Assembly (NCBI GenBank): GCA_030248215.1
Contig: JASANG010003582.1
Span: forward strand, 248,001 to 312,000
Length of the DNA: 64,000 nucleotides
Source of the DNA: Enoplolaimus lenunculus
Lineage: Eukaryota
Direction of reading: 5' to 3'
Both the position numbers and the translations under genes were made by a program. Below are positions 25,292 to 39,100 of the stretch, piece after piece. The notes beneath the pieces were generated by a model that worked only from the letters and a program-made list of their open reading frames with translations, was not told the DNA's origin and searched no databases. Position 1 is the first letter of the stretch. Each line of letters starts with the position of its first letter.

Positions 25292-26087
25292 AAATTTTTA
25301 GTTCGGCCGAAAGAATTGTAAAGCATTTTTGGCAGGGTCGTAACAGTAGATTAAGCATATTCCTAAGCCTAAGCCTATGCACAAACTGGTAATCTAGAAT
25401 CTAAAGCCTACTCTTTTACAGACCCATTAAAAACGGGACGGCCCTATAAGTAACACGGGCTGCATTTTTTGAGATGATTTAAAATTATATATACTACGAT
25501 AAACTTTAAAACACATATAATGGTACACGTTCCGTGTCTCCCCACAAGGTCTCGCCTTCGCATTATAAATAGAATAACAAGTAGACTTTGGCTTAGTTTA
25601 AGCTATAGGCTTAAACTTAGAAAAATGCTAAACAGCAGTTTGGAAACTTTTGCTTTTTGACAATAAAGTGGAGAGAAAGTAGAAAAATGACGAGTTTGTT
25701 CATCCACCATAATATTTTCTCAAAATCATGCGTAATTTGAATTGACACAATTTTTCAAAAATACTTTAATACAGTACAGGAATGCAGATACGGGGTCGTA
25801 TACATCGCTTGAAAATTTAGAAAGACAAAATAAAAGCACTGTTAACAGTGTTTATAATACTTCTCTGGATTTCAAATATGAAATCATTTCCATTAACAAC
25901 GAGCTTATGCCGTTCCGAACTTAAACCCTGGCGAATCTCCTGCACGGATGTGATGAAATGAAATCATTTTCCAATGAAGAGTAGTATCTGTTGCTCGTTT
26001 CTTGAGAGTTTGTTTCTTCGTTTGAGTATCTTAACACCGTTATCAAATTGGAACGGTATTTTTCGGCGTTCTTACAAATCAACGTAC

Positions 26088-26180
26088 CTTTGTTCTTTAT
26101 TTTGACACAAATCACTTTCTCACTCGTATTTTTGAGTATTATTATGTTTGAATGAGTTGTCGTCGGCTATATATAGGATG
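26088..26180 (-). promoter_or_regulatory. Candidate TATA promoter and short non-coding first exon, possibly of the GPCR
   Basis: Minus strand CTATATATAG, then TCATTC, then donor AAAG|GTACGT at 26087. The link to the GPCR is inference only. Confidence 0.25.
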
Positions 26181-26240
26181 GTGTGGATGTTTACATTTTC
26201 ATAAACAAATTTTATTTTGTTGCTAAAAACGAGTAGGCCT

Positions 26241-26585
26241 CAGGGTACAACCGGAGATCTGCCTCCGGTTTTGGATCCGGCACAATTTGTGCCGGAGATT
26301 CTGGTAATTTCGGTAGAAAAATTTTGCATACTTTTGCAAAATTTATCTGTTTAGCGCGTTTCGTTTTACTTCTGTCACAATTTTCAGGGAAAGAATTTCC
26401 GAAATTTCGCAGAAAATTAGCGTAAACTGAAACAGCTTAACAACATATTGCAGATATTGGCTAAAATTAACTAACTAAGCATCGTTTTTACTACCTAATT
26501 TCGTCTCACTTCCGGCTCCGACTCCGGCTCTGGCAAGTTTCGCTGACCTCCGGCTCCGGTATTGTTCACCTCCAGTTGCATCCTG
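26241..26585 (+). mobile_element. hAT-like MITE (CAGGGTACAACCGGA family, CCGGCT subrepeats)
   Basis: Near-collinear with 625-984 and with the reverse copy at 59095-59715. Relics at ~42950-43170, 49137-49480 and 54686-54870. Confidence 0.75.
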
Positions 26586-27550
26586 GTAGTCGTTTTAGTT
26601 GTGGACTTTAAAGCCACTGGCGGATCCAAGAAGGCACAACCAGGCTATGGTTCCTAACACAAGGAACAAAGCCAAAGTTTGGTAATTAAATATTTAGTAC
26701 TAAAATTGCGTTTGGCTTCTCGATCGCTTTTACTCCGGAGTTTTTATTATCAGCACAAATTTATGGTTACGTAACTACTATCCACGAGTGTTTGAATTTA
26801 CACGAGACAGCGGTACCCGAATTTAAATGTAAAACGCTTTCAACTTAGCTTCCAATAGTGAATATCAACGTCAACAAAGCTACAGACCAAAGACACTCGA
26901 ATATTAAATATGTTATTGTTTACTGTTTTTCTGTTATGGCGTTTCATAAACACTTTGTCTCTTTGGCTATTCCTAAATTTGACCCTCGGTCATTGGAAAA
27001 CATCAAAACAGTAATAAGGCATAGACTTGCGTTCGGGTGGTCAGAGATCAGGGGCGGGACGTTTTTCTGCAGGTATAAACTCAGTGTTCCGCTCAGGCAT
27101 AGGCTTAGTCTTAAGCTTAGGTATATGCTTATACTACTGTTACGACTCTGTTGTCCAATTATGTTCACATTTCGGCAACATTTCTTTTTTACGCAATGAT
27201 ATATTAGAATTATGCTCATAAATATTGGCCAGGATGAGGAAGTTGTAAACCCGGATTGAAATTTTTGAAATTTAAAATAACAGCTGCGTCATGTATTTGT
27301 TAGTCGTGCCATAAAAACGTCCATGTATCCAAATTCAAGTTATAAAATGGTTATGCGCCAACGCGTTCACATGAGGTGTTTTTTGACTAAGCTTAAATGT
27401 CCTTGAAATATGAAAAATTCAGATACAACGACAAGTTTGTTGCTCGTACAGCTTTGTATTTTAACTTTCCGCCGAACACAAAAACGAATTTGAAACAGGT
27501 TCCAAATGTCGGGCACATAGCTCGCCGGAGATGTGCAGCTTGATTGTTAA

Positions 27551-27812
27551 CCCTTTCTCACATGAATATTTTCTATTCTCCTGAGACCTACTTTTATGCT
27601 AGGATTCTAACTCCCGTGATTGGATTGGGAGGCGTATACCATCACCACTCAGCTCTAGGAGCTTGACGCTCGAGCCCGAGGGGGCTCTCACGTCTTGTGG
27701 TGATTTAGTACTATGTATACGTGTTGCAATTGTTAAACACAGTGCGATATATACTATTTAACGTATATACACTGCGCTCAGTTGCCTACAGGCAACTCAA
27801 TGTGAGAAGGGG
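27551..27812 (-). mobile_element. Copy of the TTAA piggyBac-type MITE
   Basis: Near-identical reverse complement of 44371-44633. TTAA on the left, TTCA on the right. Confidence 0.9.
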
Positions 27813-30758
27813 TTCATCGAATGCCAGAGTGTAACAAAAAAAACTGCGGATAGTGGCCAAAATAACGGAAAGGTAAAACGAATATTTATTTGCCATTAAA
27901 ATTGTAATACGGCAAATATTCGTTGGAATTTCTTCTCAAATCGTATATCAAATGTAACAGATGCGCCTAAATGTTTTAAGATTTATCGACGAATTTTATT
28001 TTTATTCCAAATTTAAACAATTATTATAGCATAAAGTTTTTCAAAAACTGAATAATTGTTTTAAGTGATTTACAACTATAACTATGAGACCATAATATAA
28101 CGGAATTTGTAATTTTTCTGTAATGAACGTTTCCAGGAACCGGAAACGAATATACCTATTCCTCCCTGATTAGAAAGATATATTTACTATGTAATGCACT
28201 GTACCAACTTTCCTGAACAGCTTTTAGAGTCGATCTTAAATAGGATTTTACCGCAAGACTTGGCGTTAGAATTAATCCTGTAAAATGTGAAAAAATTTTC
28301 TTTTATACCCTGACCTCATACAAGATGTTTAATATAAATTGCACCAAAAACTCAAAGTTATTTTATGTGTTATTGTACCCTTCCATCCACATTATCACTT
28401 TTTGAGTTCTGATAGCCCTAACTGCTACACTAAAGCGACTGAACTCATTTTAAACATGCCTACTCCTTTGTATAAGCCCTTTCTTAAGCGTAATTTTAAG
28501 CCTAAGTCTATGTTTTGATAATTATAAAAGCTGAAGTATACAAGAATCATTTAAAACTAAACATAGTGAAACTGGCGGACAGGTGGCTGATTCCGCAGCA
28601 CTGATTCCGCCCATCAAACGCCTAGAGACATCAACTAGTGAACTGATATTATTGTCATAGCGCGTTATTGTTCTAAAAATTTGAAGTTAAAATTTTGCAA
28701 TAAAACGTTAGTTTACTCTACGCTTGTCAGCTTGGCCTATAAAATTCTACCGACTATAAGCCTAACAACACGAGTATGTTTTGAATTGTGTTCAGTTGAA
28801 CGTTTCAGCGAAATTCTCGCTCCAGTGTTTTCACGATGAGTGTTGTTGATTTTAACGGTACACACTTGCATGTACACATTTAGTTGCCGGGTTGTATTTT
28901 GTCGAACTCAAAATTCAACCGATATTTCAAAGCAGCAACTACTTCCGTCCACTGTTAAGCTTGTACTGTTTTGTAGTTACAAGTCTCACAGGCCAGTTTC
29001 AGTTCAAGCTAACTTTTGCATAAAGCGATGTTATGTTTAAATATTCAACGCAGAAATTGACTTTTTCCAGTAAGTCGAAATGAAGATCAACAGAATATCC
29101 AAAATGTGTACATATATTGACATTTAAATTTCCACATCCAATCAATACAAAATCAGTGCGCACCGATTTACAAAATGAACTAACGCGTAGCGGTTTTTGA
29201 GACGGCCTGAAGGCCGTTTCGACTAAAACCCCTTAAACTTTGGGTTAGTTATTTCAGAATTTATGTACAAAATTATACAAACCTTGTCGACATCTGCTGC
29301 ATTTTTCGACATTAGTTCCAGCTATCCAACTTTTAAAATAAATCATCTAACTTTCTGACGCTTAAGCTAAAGCTTATATTCTAAAAAGGCTTACCTGAAC
29401 CTATGTCAAAGCGTTTTAAGCCTATTCCTAACTGTTAGGCTGAGCCTAAATCGTTAATTTAAGCGAGGTGAAAATGTACAAGAACCAAAAATGCAGCATA
29501 TATATTGTTTCTACTGTAAAAACAATCCTCGCTCTAAACCTGTGGTCTCCGATGTTTTTTGCGCATTCTATTTTCTGGTCTCCAAATTTAGAAAACTTGA
29601 CGCAAATGCTAACTCAACCAACGCTTTCCGTCAAAACTATTTTCAGTTCCATGTGCATTTCAGTTTTAAGCAAAAATATCGACAGAAACTTTCGGATGTG
29701 ACACGTTAACTATCACTTTTGACTAAGTGGTTTGGTGCTTAAGCCCGATTCGCGAACACATGATTAAGGTTATATTTTACGAGATATGGAAAGGGAAATA
29801 TGTATGTGTAACGTTGGTTTTGTAGTTGTTCCTTCGACGGTTACGCGTTTCACTTCATTAAACGCGCCCTGGCGGTTTTCGCTCAGTGATACTTTTCGCA
29901 TTATGGCGGCGAATCCTTCATGGTAGAAATATATGTTTGGAATCCAGCTTAAGCATAATATATTAGTCTGGTACGTACCCCGTCTCCCTGACCCATTCAG
30001 AGGCTGTTTGTTAACGTTTAACAAATAGAAGGGTTCTTGTAAACTATTCAGGGCTACGGCTACCGTCCGCCAACACGCAAAACCGATCCAGCCAATTTTG
30101 CACCGCCGTGAGCTAATGCGTCTATGGCTGCCACTAAATAACAATGCGGGGGTCTATTTCGTAGGCGGGCGGAGGGGTTCGATTCCCTACAACCGCGGCC
30201 TTGAATTTTAGACGTAGGTCATCCAGCATCGAAAAAAGTCTTGAATTACTGTCCATAATTTTGAAACCATCCAAGGAGGGGCTGTCTAAAGAAACGGTAA
30301 TGCGTCATCCACATTAATTTGTGCCCGGCTTGTGGAAATCAAAGACACCTTTTTCCAGTTTGAAAAAAGGGTAGCAGTGGGAAATTGAATTTGAAAACTT
30401 TTCCAATTTCCCTTTGCCGTCGGTTTTATAAAATCGAGTTTAAAAACGGAATAAGGTGTGTGCATTTACAAATTGCACTACGGACAGGATAAAGTGTTGC
30501 TGCGTTGTAAACGTTTAAACGAAATGGAAATGTTTCCAATTGCAGCGCGTGTTGAACAGTACCATTTTATAAAAAGTGCAAGAACATTAAATAACAAAAT
30601 CGCAGATTCACTTTTTCTTTAATACGGTTTCTTTGTCTACATAGCGGACACAGCTTAAAGTGGACGATGCATTACAGAGAATGGAACCGTTCATAATAAT
30701 CAGATTGTATATTATTATTATTATAACGTTTGTCGAGTGAAACTCAACGCTGTATGCG

Positions 30759-33700
30759 ATGGACACGTTTAGTACGCTTGACAGTATGTTTGCTTAACTA
30801 CAGGGTCGGGTCCAAAGAGGGCGCGTTGGCGGGTGTCCAATCACGAAATATTAATAAATTGGTAACGCCGGTGCCGTATCAATTTATACTTTTGTGCCAC
30901 AAAATTTGGGTTTTGGTGCTTTCTTAATGCTTCGCTTGCGAAATGTTTTTTACAATATAGTAACATATATAAAATATGTTTGATTGTTTTCTTGTATTAT
31001 TAAATGCGGAACATCAAACAGATGAAAACAATGTCGCCTGAAACTAAAGGACGCAGGGACAAGGAGCCGTGGTCCCGTCTTAACGCATCCGAGTATGGCG
31101 GTTAATAAATAGCTTAAAAAACCCCCAATTATTAATTTAGGTCGCAAAATATAACATACTTTTACATTTGCTGTCACGCTTCCTAAACCAATATCCTGGC
31201 TATGCACAAAAATTTAGCCAAAATCACACAGTTGTTTTTGCTATAATTTTCATAGAACTATAAAATTACCATTGAATTTGTCATAACAACAGGGGATCAT
31301 CAAAAGGAAAATTAGGCTTACCCCTTTCAGATTTTCAAAAACAAAACGTTGTATTAGGATTTAAATCGACAGTCGCGTTGACGTCCAAATGGTTTCGATC
31401 GCGAGGTGTACGTCACTATAGTCCATTACGGCTCTACCTTGGTGACCCTTCGTTGTGGGGTCCGATGCCTTCCCCTGGCTAATCAAGAACTCTTTTACAT
31501 TGTCATTAATATTGCTTGAAATTCGAAAGTATCTGTGCCGAGCATATATACCACCATGTAGGGCAAGAGGAACTCACCCCTGGACAAATTTTGGCACCCC
31601 TAAATAATTTCAACCTTGTAAGTCAAAAACCCTTGTATTCCCGTCCTGAACAAATTTTAGGCATCCCTGCCTAACAACGTGACCTGGCTGCGGGCCTGAT
31701 CTGCGTCCGTGCTCTGAAATGTGTGTAAACATGATCACCTATCACTTTTCAAATAATTCTACTGTTGCATCTGCTACACTCAAACGTTGCTTGCAAGTGT
31801 GAAATCCCAACTGCAAGAAATCTTACCTTCGAAGCTCACCACAACCCTGTCTCAAAAGTAGCCAGGTCGCTAGCTGGTGATAAGCACTGGTGGGATCCAA
31901 CAAGGGGCACCAAGCCTAGTCCTCCCCCCAACAGGGATCACGATCAAAATTTTGTATTAAAAGTTTAGCAGTGAAAAGACGACAAACTTTTCGCTCACTT
32001 TCCGCACGGCTTTTGACTTTTGACTATGATATCTCCTGCCGGTCTCCCCTTACAAATATTTCAGTTCTGATGTTTTCATAAGATGCTATGCACATTTGAG
32101 AATACTGTCCCTCCCTATTCATTTCGATTTAAATATAAACGGTGATTCCGCAAGTTTAAACTTCTAACTTTTGTTTCAGTCGCCAGTAAAGATCCAAGCG
32201 ACGACACAGCAACGAACGATGAAATCGACCGAATTCTTATGGAATCACCAATCGGCGTTGACTACGGTCTTCAGCGGGCGAAACTTTGGTCAAAATATTG
32301 TGGCGAATTGATCAATTATGTTCAAAGACGAACACAGCTGGGTAAGAAGAACAGCATTACAGCGAACGATGCATAAGAACACGGAATTATTAAGGCGGAC
32401 GGGGCTGAAAAGCTTTTCATCCATTGGCAGAATATTGTGGTGGGTGAGCTGTAAACACAGCTTGTTTACAGGGCACAGGTCTCCTTGCCTACAATTCCGG
32501 CGAGTATTGGAATCAAAACCAGTTACGCGGTGTTCAAATTGTGAGAATTTTTATAAATTTCGAAACGTCGACTAGATGATGCAAATGCATTCCCTTGATT
32601 TCCGAGGCAATCTTTTATACTTGTGAAACCAATGTTACATTTAGGGCCGTAACAGTAGATTAAACGTATTCCCAAGCCTAAGCCTAAGCGTTGCAAAAGA
32701 GTGTTTCTAAGCCTAAGCCTAAGCCTAAGCCTAAGCAAAAAAATGTCTAGAATGTAAGCCAACTCTTTTACACACCAGAGACCGGGACGGCCGTAAAGCT
32801 TACACGAGCCCTTGTGGGCATAATGAACAATTGCCTAATGTTGTTAAATTATCACCTATTATACGTTTTGTTTAACAGCCCCACATGCAGACCTCAAGTA
32901 CTGCAATTAATGGACTGTTTGTTTAGTATTTCTCAAATTTGAGACGACGTGCCCAAACCCGAACGGGCGCCTATGCCTGTGCTTGGTTTAGTACGATGAA
33001 CCAAACACGAGCCTAAGTTTAATGTATCCTCTGTAATAATGACAAATTTTGGGTTTGGGTTGGAAGTGAAATTTTAAAATTTCAACGTTCAGATATGAAA
33101 AAAAGCGTTTTTGTAAAAGAAAGTGTTTTTTCAGAAATAAAGCATGCAGAAGACGCGAAAAGACTTGGCGATAACTTCAAAGCGTTGTTTCAAGACGAAG
33201 TATGATTTTGATTTAAATACTATTGCAGTAATTCTGGCGTAAGTCCAAAACGGAAATCAAAACCAAGATTTTGTATTTAAGGTTTAGCACTAAAGCGATG
33301 TTCGCATTTTCGCTCGCTTTGATCGTGCGTTGCTGTCCACTATTATATCTCGCGTGGACCCCGTCGTTCAGAACCTTCTGAATCCATCATTGAGAATACG
33401 GATACATTTGCAACGATATAAATACAAAGCATATGATGCTGGCAAAAGCGTATATAAAGAAGAAATAGGAGCAAATATCCCGTCATTCAATTTTTGGGAA
33501 TAACGATAGACGAGTGCTTTTACACCATTTTGAAGAAGTATGTTACTAGATTCTTGAGGTCAAACTTTTTCTTGCTCGCTATATTGGTTTGCAAAAACCG
33601 TTGTAACGAGAGTGTACGCTCGCGAAGTGACGTACTGGTTACGCCTGTGACCCTCGTTGCATACAATACATTCAAAATGGATAATTGGGATGGAGCGATA

Positions 33701-35985
33701 CCGTTTTAGTGGCTCATGTATAGAACAGGGCCGGATCGTTTCCCGGCGGGGCTGTAATAGAGTCAGTTTAAGCTTTAGACTAACTTTTTTGCTTAGGCTT
33801 AGGCTTAGGCTTAGAAATAGGCTCATTGGCTCATTTTACGCTTATGCTTAGGCTTAGGCCTAGGCTTAGGTTTAGGAATATGCTTATACTATTGTTCCGG
33901 TCCTGTTCTATACATTGATTGTTTTAGTATTTTAATGCCGTTCGGCACTGGTGCTGCAGGGCACGTGAAATACCGCATGGCACGGCAGAACCATGTGAAA
34001 ACAAAGGTTTTTTTGACTTGGGGCGCCGTTCAAAGGCGTTGGGCATCAAACGACGCCGAACAGCACCGCATAAGTATAGCACCGCCTTTTCATAAATGTT
34101 TGCCTTCTTTAATATCGACGTTTTGGCTAATTTTTATTCTATAATTTAAATTATCAATTTTAGAATTTTTTACCGCTGAAATCAGTTTACTTCAAAGCGC
34201 TTAATTACGATACCAGTTATAGTCAGTGTTGCAACGAATCGATGAAGAAAGTGATTGACGAAAAATATATCAAAGTCAGTTGTTAAACATTTCACTAAAT
34301 CATGTAAATGCTAAATTTGAAATTTGAAAAATTTAATTGGACTCTACTGAGGCCTCGAAAGAGACCGCAATTGTTTTATTTTCTGTTTGCCATGTATTAA
34401 CCAAGTGACAACGCAAGTCACTGTTATCCGTGTTATGCAATAGGGAAGTAGTTTCGATAACCTTGATGGCGAATCCAATATGGTTAGGACTGTGAAATTA
34501 GCTCACTTTGATTTTCATATTGTTCCTATAAAAGGTTTATTCTTTAATACCACTAATTCTTGGTTTTACCCCAACGGTAGGTTTCACTCCAACGGTTGGT
34601 TTCACCCAGGACGGTTGTATCCACTCTGACGACTGGTTTCATCCAAGCGGATAGTTTCACCCCAACTCCTGTTTCACTCCCAATGATTGCTTTCCCTCTA
34701 AATCCATTGGTTTCACCGCAATGATTAATTTCACCCCAACAGCTTGTTTTCATCCACCGATTAGTTTCACCCAACGGTTGGTTTCATTCAGCTGTCTGAA
34801 ACAATTTGTTTCACCCTGACGGTTGTGTTCACCCTAACGACTAGTTTCACCCAGAGTTGCACACTACCTGCGTTTACCTGCGGGTAAACACGAGTCGGGT
34901 AAGAAATTTCTGACGTGGATTTTTTTCCCGCGGGTAAGGAATTTCATTGTGCGGGTACGGTAAAATTTGTTAATCTTTACTCACGAAGTGTGCTGAAAAC
35001 GTTACCCTAAAGGATTAGAAACAATTTTGCTGTGTGCAATAAGTTTCGAAAGAATTAATAGTTAAGACGCCGTCCAATGTTAATGTTTTTTGATGGCTTT
35101 CCATGACTTCAAACGGCAGTGCACGTCAAGTTGCTATCGTTTTCATAGGAATATGAAACATATCCGACGTTGTTCATATGTTGAGCAATTTTTTTGCACT
35201 TAATGTTAACATAAATTAATAGGATCAAGAGTGCATAATACAAGAGTGTGCTACCAAAGCATAGTACAAATTGTATCACCGGGAGTTGGGTTTTTGGCCG
35301 ACCCCCCTTTGTTTAGAGAAGGAGTCGTTGTCACATGTAAGAACCCTAAATTAAACTATAAAGGGAGCAATTTATGTTACTCCGTGCCGGGTACATTCTT
35401 TTCTACACAGAATGTGCCCAGTTGCGCACTCTTGTTGAAGTATGCATCATCCACTCTTGATACGACATACCACATAAATAAATAATATATATTTAATTTT
35501 AACTATGCATTTCAGCCCATGGAAGCATGGCGAGCGCAACACGACCGTATGAGAAAAGAACTGAAAATGTTTTGGGCTAAAAATATTAAAAATTTGGTTA
35601 GTCTCAGTTACCATTTGGGAAACTTTAACCACAGACCGCAAAAAACTACACTCGTGATGTAATGAATAACGTACCATTGGGATCTTCGTGTGTGATACTT
35701 TATTATTTTCAAATTGTTTCTTCAGTTGCCACAATAGACATTAAATTGCCCTTAACAATGACGATGTCTTAATTACAAAATATTCCTGATGGAATTGAGA
35801 AAAGAATTTTTTATAATTATTTAAGTAGTTCTACAACTTTGTAATACCAATAATAATATTAATAATATAATAATAATAATAATGTTAAAAATGATAATGA
35901 TAATAATAATAATAATAATAATAATAATGGTAATAATAATAATAATGATAATAATAATAATGATGATAACAATAATAATAATAAC

Positions 35986-36050
<65 letters not shown>

Positions 36051-36082
36051 TAATAATAATAATAATAATAATAATGATGATG

Positions 36083-36170
<88 letters not shown>

Positions 36171-39100
36171 TAGTAATAGTAATAATAATATATACATTTA
36201 TTTTTAGGAAGACGCTCAGAACGAGTTACGTAAATCGAAAGCTTGCTATACTCATCGAACGAATAACTACAAAAAATCACGCGATGCCGCATTAAGATTT
36301 GAACTCACAGGTCTCGGAGTGCGTATGGTTAGTCAAACTGCCGACAGCAGAGCGAAGGCAGAACAAAAACTTGACAAACTAAGACGACTCGAGGACGAAG
36401 CGTTACAACGGGCAAGTTACATGCCACATATATAATTCAATTGAGAGATCAATTAACGTTCTTCCGTACAACTAAGGGAGCGAACTTCAATTGATACCAT
36501 GAGGGTTACAGTTTAGGTAGAAACATTTGCTTCAGACGTTTTTTACTTCTACCTAAACTGCAACCATCATGGTATCAATTAACGTTTTTCCGTACAACTA
36601 AGGGAGCGAACTTCAATTGGTACCATGAGGGTTGCACTTTGGTAGAAACATTTGCTTCAGACGTTTTTTACTTCTACCTAAACTGCAACCATCATGGTAT
36701 CAATTAACGTTTTTCCGTACAACTAAGGGAGCGAACTTCAATTGATACCATGAGGGTTACAGTTTAGGTAGAAACATTTGCTTCAGACGTTTTTTACTTC
36801 TACCAAAACGGCAACCATCATGGTATCAATTAACGTTTTTCCGTACAACTAAGGGAGCGAACTTCAATTGATACCATGAGGGTTACAGTTTAGGTAGAAA
36901 CATTTGCTTCAGACGTTTTTTACTTCTACCTAAACTGCAACCATCATGGTATCAATTAACGTTTTTCCGTACAACTAAGGGAGCGAACTTCAATTGGTAC
37001 CGTGAGGGTTGCACTTTGGTAGAACCATTTGCTTCAGACGTTTTTTACTTCTACCTAAACTGCAACCATCATGGTATCAATTAACGTTTTTCCGTACAAC
37101 TAAGGGAGCGAACTTCAATTGGTACCATGAGGGTTGCACTTTGGTAGAAACATTTGCTTCAGACGTTTTTTACTTCTACCTAAACTGCAACCATCATGGT
37201 ATCAATTAACGTTTTTCCGTACAACTAAGGGAGCGAACTTCAATTGATACCATGAGGGTTGCACTTTGGTAGAAACATTTGCTTCAGACGTTTTTTACTT
37301 CTACCTAAACTGCAACCATCATGGTATCAATTAACGTTTTTCCGTACAACTAAGGGAGCGAACTTCAATTGATACCATGAGGGTTACACTTTGGTAGAAA
37401 CATTTGCTTCAGACGTTTTTTACTTCTACCTAAACGGCAACCATCATGGTATCAATTAACGTTTTTCCGTACAACTAAGGGAGCGAACTTCAATTGATAC
37501 CATGAGGGTTGCACTTTGGTAGAAACATTTGCTTCAGACGTTTTTTACTTCTACCTAAACTGCAACCATCATGGTATCAATTAACGTTTTTCCGTACAAC
37601 TAAGGGAGCGAACTTCAATTGATACCATGAGGGTTACACTTTGGTAGAAACATTTGCTTCAGACGTTTTTTACTTCTACCTAAACGGCAACCATCATGGT
37701 ATCAATTAACGTTTTTCCGTACAACTAAGGGAGCGAACTTCAATTGATACCATGAGGGTTACAGTTTAGGTAGAAACATTTGCTTCAGACGTTTTTTACT
37801 TCTACCTAAACTGCAACCATCATGGTATCAATTAACGTTTTTCCGTACAACTAAGGGAGCGAACTTCAATTGATACCATGAGGGTTGCACTTTGGTAGAA
37901 CCATTTGCTTCAGACGTTTTTTACTTCTACCTAAACTGCAACCATCATGGTATCAATTAACGTTTTTCCGTACAACTAAGGGAGCGAACTTCAATTGGTG
38001 CCATGAGGGTTGCACTTTGGTAGAAACATTTGCTTCAGACGTTTCTTACTTCTACCTAAACTGCAACCATCATGGTATCAATTAACGTTTTTCCGTACAA
38101 CTATGGGAGCGAACTTCAATTGATACCATGAGGGTTGCACTTTGGTAGAAACATTTGCTTCAGACGTTTTTTACTTCTACCTAAACTGCAACCATCATGG
38201 TATCAATTAACGTTTTTCCGTACAACTAAGGGAGCGAACTTCAATTGATACCATGAGGGTTGCACTTTGGTAGAAACATTTGCTTCAGACGTTTTTTACT
38301 TCTACCTAAACTGCAACCATCATGGTATCAATTAACGTTTTTCCGTACAACTAAGGGAGCGAACTTCAATTGATACCATGAGGGTTACAGTTTAGGTAGA
38401 AACATTTGCTTCAGACTTTATTACTAAGCAGCTGGAAAAACAGGTCTACAGAGAGGGGATTGAACTTGACATTAGGATACCGAGGCAAACGCTCTACTAC
38501 TGCGTCACGGAGCCCGCTCTCTAACTACTTTCTTTGTCAACTACACGTGTCAATCGTATGCCGCTGGCTAGCACGCGACATAATGTGCGTTGTATATATA
38601 TTGCATATGCACCAAGACAAGCATGTTTCACCTACTTACATGACCGAATTGTCAACAAGGTCGTTTCATGACCGTCCATCCTGTTTCGACTGAATACCGC
38701 GTTCAAACCGCGGCAAGTTACCGTTGCGCTCACAGCGTGTCCCCCACGTCGGTTTAAGTAAGAACCGAGACTTCAGATGTTCTAACTAAACAGCTGGAAA
38801 AGCAGGCCTACACAACGGGGAGTGAACTCGTTCTTAGGATACCGAGGCAAGCGCTCTCCAACTATTTTTTGTCGACAATATGTGTTAACCGTATGCCGTT
38901 GGCTAGCACCCGACACAATGTGCATTGTAAATATTGTATATGCACCAGGACCATAGCTCACATGCCTTACAAGAGGGACCTACATTGCAAAAAAACGGTG
39001 AGTCAAATAGACTCTCTCCGAAATAAACTTTTCTGGACTACACAAACTGAGTCAAAATTCGACTCCGTCAGAGTCAAATTTGACTAATTGAGTCGCTCGG

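Noticed and set aside
35859..36295. Poly-I/L/Y ORFs
   Set aside because: AAT microsatellite. The real exon begins at 36208 in another frame.
36449..38417. CRISPR-like array
   Set aside because: Units are identical end to end with no unique spacers, there are no cas genes, and the array lies in a eukaryotic intron. ORFs 37009 and 37885 are by-products of the repeat.
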